A stretch of DNA of 64,000 nucleotides from the IMG/VR virus record IMGVR_UViG_3300046028_008994; one strand, written 5' to 3'. A program made the translations under genes and the position numbers. The notes under the pieces were generated by a model. The model saw only the letters and a list, made by a program, of their open reading frames with translations, did not search any database and was not told where the DNA came from. Positions 7,184 through 14,752 of the stretch are shown piece by piece. How positions within the stretch are numbered: the first letter of the stretch is position 1; each line of letters opens with the position of its first letter. The DNA is from a virus.

Positions 7184-7310
7184 AGTCAGGTGGCGAAAAG
7201 ATATTGATAATGCAGTTGCAACTAAATATCGTGGTAGACGCTATACGTAGAACACAACCGTTATTAAAATAGGGCGTGTGTTCGTACAGGTTCGAGTCCT
7301 GTCCTGACTG
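7184..7310 (+). ncRNA. tRNA-like RNA, copy 4 (hairpin inserted in D-loop, no anticodon loop)
   Basis: AGTCAGG/CCTGACT+G; D-loop insert GATATT..AATATC; long arm GAACAC..GTGTTC; T-arm ACAGG-TTCGAGT-CCTGT. Confidence 0.8.
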
Positions 7311-7326
7311 CTAACATAAAAAAGTT

Positions 7327-7548
7327 ATGAAACAAAAATATGTAACATGTAAAAATGCTTCTGAATGTGATTATACTCTTCATAATATGAAGGATTACCT
7401 TGTTGTTGCTTATGATACACAACCTTATGGTATTGGTTGGGTTGTAATTTTATTACCTAATGGTAATACTAAATGTTACCCTAAAACCAAGTTTAGTAAA
7501 GTGTTTGAAAAACAGTCAGGTGGCGGAATGGTAGACGTAGGCCGTTGA
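7327..7548 (+). CDS. Small SH3-like protein whose 3' end reads into tRNA-like copy 5
   Basis: VTCKN....YTL...KDYLV......G...YPK.KF pattern; C-terminal QSGGGMVDVGR is translated tRNA-like sequence. Confidence 0.6.
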   Translation: MKQKYVTCKNASECDYTLHNMKDYLVVAYDTQPYGIGWVVILLPNGNTKCYPKTKFSKVFEKQSGGGMVDVGR

Positions 7549-7623
7549 AAGTTAAGTGGTTCAGAGTTGGTCGTCTGATTACCTAAATTAGTAAACATAC
7601 AGGTTCGAATCCTGTCCTGACTA
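7514..7623 (+). ncRNA. tRNA-like RNA, copy 5 (three small hairpins in the middle)
   Basis: AGTCAGG/CCTGACT+A; D-arm GCG-GAATGGTAGA-CGT; GGCCG..TGGTT, CAGA..TCTG, TTAC..GTAA; T-arm ACAGG-TTCGAAT-CCTGT. Confidence 0.8.
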
Positions 7624-7628
7624 CAAAG

Positions 7629-7826
7629 ATGAAAAACAAAAAATTATTTACATATTTTAGAGAAGGTGACTACTGGATGTGCTATAGTCAAAAACTAAAA
7701 ATAATAGGCTATGGTAAATCAAAGCAAGACGCTTATGAACTGTTCCTATTTGTTTGGAATTATATATTAACCGAATATAAACACAAGAAAAATGAAGTAT
7801 CTAAAACCAGAAGAAATTCTAAATAA
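7629..7826 (+). CDS. HicB-like antitoxin N-terminal-domain protein (tentative)
   Basis: FREGDYWMCYSQKLKIIGYGKSKQDAYELF resembles the HicB pattern E-d-g-y-x-a-y-x-p-x-L-x-i-x-g-y-G-x-T-x-e-e-A. Confidence 0.5.
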   Translation: MKNKKLFTYFREGDYWMCYSQKLKIIGYGKSKQDAYELFLFVWNYILTEYKHKKNEVSKTRRNSK

Positions 7827-7992
7827 TCCTGATTACATCCAAATGAAACCAAAAACGTACGTTTGGGGTGTAAGTAATGTAAATGATATTACTCACTACA
7901 CTTGTATACCATTTAATGACAATGGGTGGGAAGCCGTGTTATATTACCGATTTGTAGGGTCTATAACGCAAGATCAACCGCAAAATACATAA
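7792..7992 (+). CDS. Hypothetical protein
   Basis: 66-aa ORF overlapping the previous gene. Confidence 0.5.
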   Translation: MKYLKPEEILNNPDYIQMKPKTYVWGVSNVNDITHYTCIPFNDNGWEAVLYYRFVGSITQDQPQNT

Positions 7993-8144
7993 GGCATCGC
8001 CTAACGTAATATACACTTATAGACATATAAGGGATCGTATATATGGATTGATGGATTGAGTAGGGTCAACTGCTGTTTATAAAGAATCTTCCACTATAGC
8101 TTGGATATTAAATAATTTTATAGTATATTGATATTTTAAAAGTT

Positions 8145-8378
8145 ATGAGTCAAAAACTAAACCGCACAGCAAAACAAGCGTTCTTCTCAGCTCGCCAAAG
8201 AAAAGGCGACGCTGTTCGCTTATCAGAAAAAACAGGCTACTCTGTTTCTCACGTTAATAACGTGATGGCAGGTAGACGCAACGTTCCACAATTACTTGCT
8301 AATGAAATGTACAAAATTTCAAAACGCAGAATGAAGAATAGTGAAAAAGAAATCACTGTCTTTGTTTTTGAGTGGTAA
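8145..8378 (+). CDS. Small helix-turn-helix DNA-binding protein
   Basis: DAVRLSEKTGYSVSHVNNVMAGRR; promoter CTTG 8100-8103 / TATATTGAT 8124. Confidence 0.6.
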   Translation: MSQKLNRTAKQAFFSARQRKGDAVRLSEKTGYSVSHVNNVMAGRRNVPQLLANEMYKISKRRMKNSEKEITVFVFEW

Positions 8379-8403
8379 CATCAAATCCATTTTATTTATT
8401 TTC

Positions 8404-8428
8404 AAGCCCCTTTTCAGGGGCTTTTTTT
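8404..8428 (+). terminator. Intrinsic terminator
   Basis: AAGCCCC-TTTTCA-GGGGCTT then T-tract. Confidence 0.8.
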
Positions 8429-8615
8429 ATTTTAGTTTGGCAATAAGAAAAAAAGGCGCTATATTTATAACATAACAATGCAGTACCACGATGCTTCCCG
8501 TAAGAACAGCACACTTCAGTGGTCTTTTCGTCAAACAAGTGAATAGCCCAAGGCATAAGCTAAATTGACACCCCTAAATAAGACTACTTGATCAATAGAC
8601 ACTGTTTAGGATTTG

Positions 8616-8688
8616 GCCACTTTAGCTCAGCTGGTAGAGTAACTGATTTGTAATCAGTAGGTCGTTGGTTCGATCCCGACAAGTGGCT
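8616..8688 (+). tRNA. tRNA-Thr(UGU)
   Basis: Cloverleaf: GCCACTT/AAGTGGC, anticodon arm ACTGA-TTTGTAA-TCAGT, GTTGG-TTCGATC-CCGAC. Confidence 0.92.
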
Positions 8689-8793
8689 CCCGGATATTAA
8701 TATATCGAGAAACGCTTCTTTGGTAGATATATTAGTATAAACAACCAGTCACTGTAGTCTCTAAGGAGCGGTGTGAACGAAGAAGCAAAAATT

Positions 8794-8862
8794 GCGGTGG
8801 TAGTGTAATGGTAACATTCAGGCCTCATAAGCCCGAGTCACGGTTCGAATCCGGCGACCGCA
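8794..8862 (+). tRNA. tRNA-Met(CAU), degenerate or pseudo
   Basis: Loop CTCATAA and TTCGAAT are present, but there are mismatches in the acceptor (G.G), anticodon stem (A.C) and T-stem. Confidence 0.6.
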
Positions 8863-8868
8863 ACAAAT

Positions 8869-8942
8869 AGGTCTATGGTGAAATGGTATCATAATGAGCT
8901 CCAACCTCATTGTTTAGGGTTCGAATCCTTATAGGCCTGCCA
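8869..8942 (+). tRNA. tRNA-Trp(CCA), 3' CCA encoded
   Basis: AGGTCTA/TAGGCCT-G-CCA; ATGAG-CTCCAAC-CTCAT; TAGGG-TTCGAAT-CCTTA. Confidence 0.92.
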
Positions 8943-9014
8943 AATATGCTATAATTAATACGCTTTGTTATTAAAAAATTAATCTAATATTTTATTTGTT
9001 TATCCATATTTATT

Positions 9015-9911
9015 ATGGACAAACTTATGAAAGTCTATAATTTATCAGGAGGAGCCACTAAAATTGGAGCATTATTTGCTAAATCAGAGCGAATTATAAA
9101 AGAATTTGGATATAGGCCAGACATTATTACTGGTGTATCTTCAGGTGCTTTATTATCTTTACCTATTGCCTTAGGTAAGTGGGATCAATTAAAGAGTTTA
9201 GTACTTAGTATTACTCCAGATGATATATTTGATAATAAACCTGTAAATAAAAAAGGACAAATAACTTTCAAAGGTGTATGGAGATTGTTATTAGGTAAAC
9301 CTTCGTTAGGAACTCAAAATAATTTATATTTAAAACTGTCTAGTTTAGTCACTGAAAAAGATTTCTATAAATATGTGAATGGCGATTATCCTAAAATATA
9401 TGTTGGAGTAGTTAATTTTAACACAGGTGGATTTGAATTAATTGATATTAGTAGTTGTACTTATGATCAATATTTAGATTATACAATGGCTTCTGCATCA
9501 ATTCCTTTTGCTGTTGAGGGTGTTGAAATTAATGGTGATATATATTTTGACGGAGGTGTATTACACCACACATGTACTAATGAATTAATAAGAAAATACA
9601 AAGATAAAATAACACATTGTATTACAGTATTTTCTAGACCAAAAACAATCGACACTTCTTACGAGCTATTTAGTCAAATTGATATAACTCAAGTATTAAA
9701 ACAATATGAATATATTACAACATCTTTTACAAGTCTTAATGATCAAAAGATAGAAAAAGAATTGTGTAAACAATATAAAATAAAAAATTTACAAGTATTT
9801 AGTCCTAAGGTATTAAAATCATTATATGATACAGATCCTGATAGGTTAAAAGAATTATATGTAAGAAGTTATAATATAGAAGATAAAAAATATTACACAG
9901 ATTATATATGA
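9015..9911 (+). CDS. Patatin-like phospholipase
   Basis: SGGATKIG oxyanion loop, GVSSG nucleophile elbow, ASASIP, FDGG. Confidence 0.9.
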   Translation: MDKLMKVYNLSGGATKIGALFAKSERIIKEFGYRPDIITGVSSGALLSLPIALGKWDQLKSLVLSITPDDIFDNKPVNKKGQITFKGVWRLLLGKPSLGTQNNLYLKLSSLVTEKDFYKYVNGDYPKIYVGVVNFNTGGFELIDISSCTYDQYLDYTMASASIPFAVEGVEINGDIYFDGGVLHHTCTNELIRKYKDKITHCITVFSRPKTIDTSYELFSQIDITQVLKQYEYITTSFTSLNDQKIEKELCKQYKIKNLQVFSPKVLKSLYDTDPDRLKELYVRSYNIEDKKYYTDYI

Positions 9912-10147
9912 AAAAGTTTATAACAGATATGTTTTCCTCTAAAGAGGGAGTATCTCATAAAAGAGTACTAGGAGCTATAGGATTTATTTCCTTAATAGTT
10001 TATATGTTTATATATCAAACAGATATCTCAGTAGAAGCTGTAGAATATACAACTATAGCTTACGGTTTAGGAACTGTAGCTGAAAAATTTAGTAGAAGAA
10101 ATAAAAAAGAAACCGAAGAACCCGTTATAGAACAAATACAAGAATAA
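9908..10147 (+). CDS. Small membrane protein, holin-like
   Basis: SHKRVLG followed by hydrophobic helices and a charged tail; located between patatin and endolysin. Confidence 0.5.
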   Translation: MKKFITDMFSSKEGVSHKRVLGAIGFISLIVYMFIYQTDISVEAVEYTTIAYGLGTVAEKFSRRNKKETEEPVIEQIQE

Positions 10148-10149
10148 TT

Positions 10150-10674
10150 ATGGATAATTTAACTTTAGAAAGAATTAAAACACTTCACCCAGATATAAGA
10201 ACTGAGGCTTTACAGATGTACACTGAAATATGTTCTGTGTTACCTAAAAATGTAATTTGTAGATTTGCTCATACTCTTAGAACTAATGAAGAACAAAATC
10301 AACTTTATGCTCAAGGAAGAACAAAATTATTTGATAGTAAAGGTAAAAGATTAGGTATTGTAACTAATGCTAAAGGTGGTCAAAGTTATCACAACTATGG
10401 TTTAGCTATTGATATTGTTTTATTAGTAGATAGAGATGGAAATGGTACTTATGAATCAGCATCTTGGGATGTAAATGGTGATTTTGATAAAGACGGTGTA
10501 GCAGATTGGAATGAAATTACTATAATATTTTTAAAATACGGTTGGAAATATCTTATAGATAAAAAAGGTAAAAGATGGGATTTTCCTCATTTTCAAAAAA
10601 CCTTTGGTAAAACAATTAAACAACTACAAACAATTAAAAAACAACCTGGAACCTCGTATCCTTTGTTTAAATAA
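10150..10674 (+). CDS. Endolysin, peptidase M15C (L-Ala-D-Glu peptidase) family
   Basis: LRTNEEQNQLYAQGRT, VTNAKGGQSYHNYGLAIDI, DFPHFQ. Confidence 0.9.
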   Translation: MDNLTLERIKTLHPDIRTEALQMYTEICSVLPKNVICRFAHTLRTNEEQNQLYAQGRTKLFDSKGKRLGIVTNAKGGQSYHNYGLAIDIVLLVDRDGNGTYESASWDVNGDFDKDGVADWNEITIIFLKYGWKYLIDKKGKRWDFPHFQKTFGKTIKQLQTIKKQPGTSYPLFK

Positions 10675-10740
10675 TATTTTTATATATAATCGATGTACTT
10701 ATTGATTATTATAAGATAATACGTTATATACACTATAAAT

Positions 10741-11157
10741 ATGAATATAGACAAAATTTTCAATATGTTTGAACCAGAAGTTAAACCAGCTCCTGAAAAT
10801 ATTGTATTGGTAGATTTTAAAGATCATCCTTATTACTGGGTAGGGATGTTTAAAAAAATTATGTTAAATTATGATTTATTTAGTAAAAAATTTATTTCAT
10901 TATTTCGTGAAGATGGTTCTAAAGTAAATATGGCTGATGTTGAAAAAGCAGGTGAACATTTTGTGTATGAAAGAGCCTGGGAGTATATTAGTAAATTAGA
11001 TATTACAATACCACTTCATTTATCATCATTATTACAACTCAGAGATCATACATTAATTAAAAATCTAAACAAAATACTTTTACATCTTCAGGACAATGAA
11101 GAATATGAAAAATGTGCTCATATTTTTAAAATAGTAGAAGCTTTAAAAAAAGATTAA
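10741..11157 (+). CDS. Hypothetical protein with C-terminal UVR-like motif
   Basis: EEYEKCAHI near the C-terminus. Confidence 0.65.
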   Translation: MNIDKIFNMFEPEVKPAPENIVLVDFKDHPYYWVGMFKKIMLNYDLFSKKFISLFREDGSKVNMADVEKAGEHFVYERAWEYISKLDITIPLHLSSLLQLRDHTLIKNLNKILLHLQDNEEYEKCAHIFKIVEALKKD

Positions 11158-11218
11158 CTTTAGCTTGGATACCCAGGATTTCTCTTGTATCTTCTTAATC
11201 ATATTAAAAAATGTAATT

Positions 11219-11416
11219 ATGAAAAACAGAGAAATAATAATGAGGAGATTAGAAACAATAGAATCTAATATGTCTAAATTAGACTTTATCCTAAAAAGAC
11301 AGGGTAGTAGAGAAGAATTTGAAGATGTAATAGCCGATGTTAAAGATAAAGTTAATGAAGCTAAAGCGTTTGTTCAACAAGAACCACTATCACCGGGAGA
11401 AATTAATCAATATTAA
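11219..11416 (+). CDS. Hypothetical coiled-coil protein
   Basis: Start moved to ATG 11219, downstream of promoter CTTG 11164 / TATCTTC 11188. Confidence 0.6.
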   Translation: MKNREIIMRRLETIESNMSKLDFILKRQGSREEFEDVIADVKDKVNEAKAFVQQEPLSPGEINQY

Positions 11417-11421
11417 TAGTT

Positions 11422-12192
11422 ATGCAGTTAGAAGCTAAAGAAATCCAACAAAATTGGGTTCGAATGATGGGTTTTATTGAAGACCACATTTCTGAACCAC
11501 GTAGAACTAAGTTAATGGAATTTTATAATAAATTTCAAGAGCGAATTATTATGATGCCTGCTGCACATAAAAAAGAATACCACAATTCATTCCCTGGAGG
11601 TTATGTAGATCATGTTAATCGTGTTATTACATGTGCTCTTAATTTACATGATTTGTGGGGTCAAATGGGAGCTGATTTGAATACTTATACTAAAGAAGAA
11701 TTAGTATTTTCTGCTCTAAATCATGATTTAGGTAAAATGGGGGATGAAGAACATGAATCTTATATTGAACAAGATGATAAATGGAGACGCGAAAAATTAG
11801 GTGAAGATTATAAATTTAATAATAAATTAGCATTTGCATCTGTACCTGATAGAGGATTATTCTTATTACAAGATCATGATATAAAATATACATTTAATGA
11901 AATGATTACTATTCAGACTCATGATGGTTTATATGATGAAGGTAATAAAAAATATTTAATGTCTTATTCTCCAGAACAAAAACCACGTACTTCATTACCT
12001 TTTATTGTTCATCAAGCTGATTTAATGGCTGCTCGTATTGAATTTGAAAAAGAATGGTTACCTAAATTTAATGGTGAAATTACAGAAGCTCCTAAAAAAA
12101 TATCTACTTCAGAAACTAAAACTAATGTTAAACAAAAAGCACTAGGTACAGTTAAAAGTGAAGGATTAAAAAATTTATTAGATAGTCTATGA
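11422..12192 (+). CDS. HD-domain phosphohydrolase (YhaM-like)
   Basis: YHNSFPGGYVDHV, LNHDLGK, THDG, HQAD. Confidence 0.85.
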   Translation: MQLEAKEIQQNWVRMMGFIEDHISEPRRTKLMEFYNKFQERIIMMPAAHKKEYHNSFPGGYVDHVNRVITCALNLHDLWGQMGADLNTYTKEELVFSALNHDLGKMGDEEHESYIEQDDKWRREKLGEDYKFNNKLAFASVPDRGLFLLQDHDIKYTFNEMITIQTHDGLYDEGNKKYLMSYSPEQKPRTSLPFIVHQADLMAARIEFEKEWLPKFNGEITEAPKKISTSETKTNVKQKALGTVKSEGLKNLLDSL

Positions 12193-12464
12193 TATTCTTA
12201 CTTATTTTTCTAGTAATATTATGTGCTGTACTAGGATTTACTACTTATAATCTTCTAAAGAAAAACGAAGCCCAAGAAGATATATTATCCAGTTATATGA
12301 CATACTTAAATAAAATGTCAGATATAATTGAATTTTCAGATAAAAAAATGAAAGAAGTAGATGAAAAAGGTTCCTTTAAAAGTGATGATGAGGTTGGTTT
12401 TTTCTTTGAGCAAATTAAAGCTCTTCAAGATATACTAAATTCATTTAACGTAAAAAATATCTAA
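12189..12464 (+). CDS. Membrane-anchored hypothetical protein
   Basis: N-terminal hydrophobic helix followed by a coiled coil. Confidence 0.65.
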   Translation: MIFLLIFLVILCAVLGFTTYNLLKKNEAQEDILSSYMTYLNKMSDIIEFSDKKMKEVDEKGSFKSDDEVGFFFEQIKALQDILNSFNVKNI

Positions 12465-12465
12465 T

Positions 12466-13176
12466 ATGGAAGAATTAGTAGTAAAGAAAAAGAAAAAAAG
12501 TGTTCAATATTTTACTAAAGAAACAGAAGATGCTATTGTAAGATATAATAATACTGAGGATCCTGAGGAACGTTCGAATATCTATAGAGATGAAATCCAT
12601 TATGCTTTCTTTAAATTAACAGAAAACATTATTCATACTTTTAAATTTTATTATACTGAAGTAGAAAATATAGAAGATTTACAACACGAAATTATAACAT
12701 TTTTATTATCTAAAATACACAGATTTAATCCTGAAAATGGAGCTAAAGCATATTCCTATTTTGGAACTATTACCAAAAGATGGCTAATTTTATATAATCA
12801 GAAAAACTATAAAAAAAGAGTTGATAATATTGATATAGAAGTATTAGAAGAAGATGAAAATCACTCATATGAACTTGAAGATACTCAACCAATAGAACGT
12901 TTATCTTATTATATAGATGAATATGTTAAATATTGTACCGAAAATATATTTATAATGTTTCCTAAATCAGAAGATGCTCAAATAGCTGATGCTGTATTAG
13001 AATTATTTCGTAAAAGAGAACATTTAGATATTTTTAATAAAAAAGCACTTTACATCTATATTCGTGAAATAATAGATGCTAAAACACCTAAAATTACAAA
13101 AATAACAAATCAACTATACGATGTATTTAGAAAAGGATACTCGTTTTATTTAGAAAATGAATATATAAAATTCTAA
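12466..13176 (+). CDS. Phage sigma factor, gp55-like (late transcription)
   Basis: Sigma region-2-like EDLQHE.....L.KIHRFNPENGAKAYSYFGTI; immediately precedes the structural block. Confidence 0.65.
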   Translation: MEELVVKKKKKSVQYFTKETEDAIVRYNNTEDPEERSNIYRDEIHYAFFKLTENIIHTFKFYYTEVENIEDLQHEIITFLLSKIHRFNPENGAKAYSYFGTITKRWLILYNQKNYKKRVDNIDIEVLEEDENHSYELEDTQPIERLSYYIDEYVKYCTENIFIMFPKSEDAQIADAVLELFRKREHLDIFNKKALYIYIREIIDAKTPKITKITNQLYDVFRKGYSFYLENEYIKF

Positions 13177-13182
13177 CATTAA

Positions 13183-13190
13183 TATTTATA
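13183..13190 (+). promoter_or_regulatory. Late-promoter motif TATTTAT(A), representative copy
   Basis: Also at 5068, 5393, 9007, 15612, 24927, 25690, 29300, 32483, 34623, 37451, 40940, 44057, 50058, 51596, 53037, 53878, 55471, 57402 and 59180, nearly all just upstream of a gene start. Confidence 0.7.
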
Positions 13191-13208
13191 ATAAAAAATT
13201 ATATATTT

Positions 13209-13544
13209 ATGTCACAATTTGATAATATTGTTTTTGGTAAAAAGAAATTTTCACATCTGTTAGAAGAAATCTATAATAATCAAAAGAAAAAAGACACTCA
13301 ATTAGTAGCTCTTATAAATGAATTAAAACCATTAATATCTGAGATAGGAGATGCTACATTGATTGTTCCTTTAATAAAAGAATACTTAGAAATAAGTGTT
13401 AAAAATGATGATTTATTAATTAAAATGGCAGCATTAGCACAACGTGCTATGCAAACACAATCAGTAGATGGGACATTAACAATTTCAGATGAAGAAAAAG
13501 AACAATTACTTTCAGCTGTAAATGAATTAAAAGGAGGTAAATAA
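13209..13544 (+). CDS. Conserved hypothetical late protein
   Basis: 111-aa helical ORF, first gene of the late block. Confidence 0.7.
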   Translation: MSQFDNIVFGKKKFSHLLEEIYNNQKKKDTQLVALINELKPLISEIGDATLIVPLIKEYLEISVKNDDLLIKMAALAQRAMQTQSVDGTLTISDEEKEQLLSAVNELKGGK

Positions 13545-14752
13545 TGAGTACCTATGGTTTTAAGAAAGTTAATAATATTATTACTAATAATCAAATTCCA
13601 AATACAGGAATTAACAATGAATTATTAACTGTAGTACGTGTTAAAAGTATAGTTTTAGATGAAACTCATCCTAGATTTAAAGATCTTGGAGAGTGGGATG
13701 CTTTAGGTACTATAGAATACGAAAATGTAATAAAACCAAATATTATAAATCCTCTTCCAACAGCAAAACCATTATATGGTAATATAAAAAATTATCCATT
13801 AATTAATGAAATTGTTTATATATTATCTCTTCCAAGTACATTAATAGGACAACTAACATCAAATACAATTTCATATTATGTTAGTACTGTTGCTCTTTGG
13901 AATCATCCACACCACAATGCTTATCCTTCTAATTCTAATGAAAAACCACCAACACAACAAAAAGGATATAATCAAACAGAATTAGGAAATACTAGCAAAA
14001 TAACTAACCAAACATTAAAAGTAAATTTAGGTAACACTTTTGAAGAACGTTCTAATATACATCCATTATTACCTTTTGAAGGTGATGTTATATATGAAGG
14101 AAGATGGGGGAATAGTATAAGATTAGGATCAACTGTTACTACAAAACCACCAATTGATAGTCCTTTAAATAATTGGTCTAAACGTCCAAGTACTTCAGGA
14201 GATCCTATTTTAATATTAAGAAATGGACAAGGTAAACAAACCGAAGAAGGTTGGTTACCAATAGAAGAAGATATTAATAATAATGAATCTTCTATTTATT
14301 TAACAAGTACACAAAATATTCCTTTAGAAGCAGCTAGTACTAATTATACTAGCTATAAAACAGCACCAACCTCACCAAACAAATACTCAGGCAAACAAGT
14401 AATGATAAGTTCAGGTAGATTAGTTTTTGATTCTTCGGAAGATCATATTTTACTAAGTTCAGCAAAAAGTATTAGTCTAAGCTCTAATTCAGGAGTTAAT
14501 ATTGATACTTCTCAGTTTATAGTTCAAAGTTCAAATGTTTATTTAGGATCTAAAGATGCTACTGAATCAATGATTAAAGGAGATTTATTAATAGCTGAAT
14601 TACAAAAGTTATTAATTCAAATACAGTTATTATCAACTGCATTACAATCGGTTCCTCAAGCAGCATCAGCCGCACAGTTAGTATTATCTGAATTACCTAA
14701 AATATCTGCTGATTTAGAAAAAACAAAATCTAATGTAAATAAATTAATATAA
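13544..14752 (+). CDS. Baseplate hub/spike protein (gp5/gpV-like)
   Basis: N-terminal OB-like YPLINEIV; GDVIYEGRWGNSIRLG; C-terminal beta-repeat ending VYLG...E..IKGD. Confidence 0.55.
   Translation: MSTYGFKKVNNIITNNQIPNTGINNELLTVVRVKSIVLDETHPRFKDLGEWDALGTIEYENVIKPNIINPLPTAKPLYGNIKNYPLINEIVYILSLPSTLIGQLTSNTISYYVSTVALWNHPHHNAYPSNSNEKPPTQQKGYNQTELGNTSKITNQTLKVNLGNTFEERSNIHPLLPFEGDVIYEGRWGNSIRLGSTVTTKPPIDSPLNNWSKRPSTSGDPILILRNGQGKQTEEGWLPIEEDINNNESSIYLTSTQNIPLEAASTNYTSYKTAPTSPNKYSGKQVMISSGRLVFDSSEDHILLSSAKSISLSSNSGVNIDTSQFIVQSSNVYLGSKDATESMIKGDLLIAELQKLLIQIQLLSTALQSVPQAASAAQLVLSELPKISADLEKTKSNVNKLI

Noticed and set aside
4328-7623. tRNA mimics as ordinary tRNA-Leu genes, intron-containing tRNAs, tmRNA or Y RNA
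   Set aside because: No 7-nt anticodon loop can be formed or restored by removing a plausible intron, and the inserts are too short for group I introns. There is no G3.U70 pair or tag ORF. The acceptor ends are open, unlike YrlA-type Y RNAs.
421-7623. Repeats as a CRISPR array
   Set aside because: Units are separated by whole genes of variable length rather than uniform spacers, and there is no cas operon. The 33826 nuclease sits in a replication context.
9015-9911. Patatin as part of a CBASS system
   Set aside because: No CD-NTase or Cap genes nearby; the neighbours are lysis-type genes.
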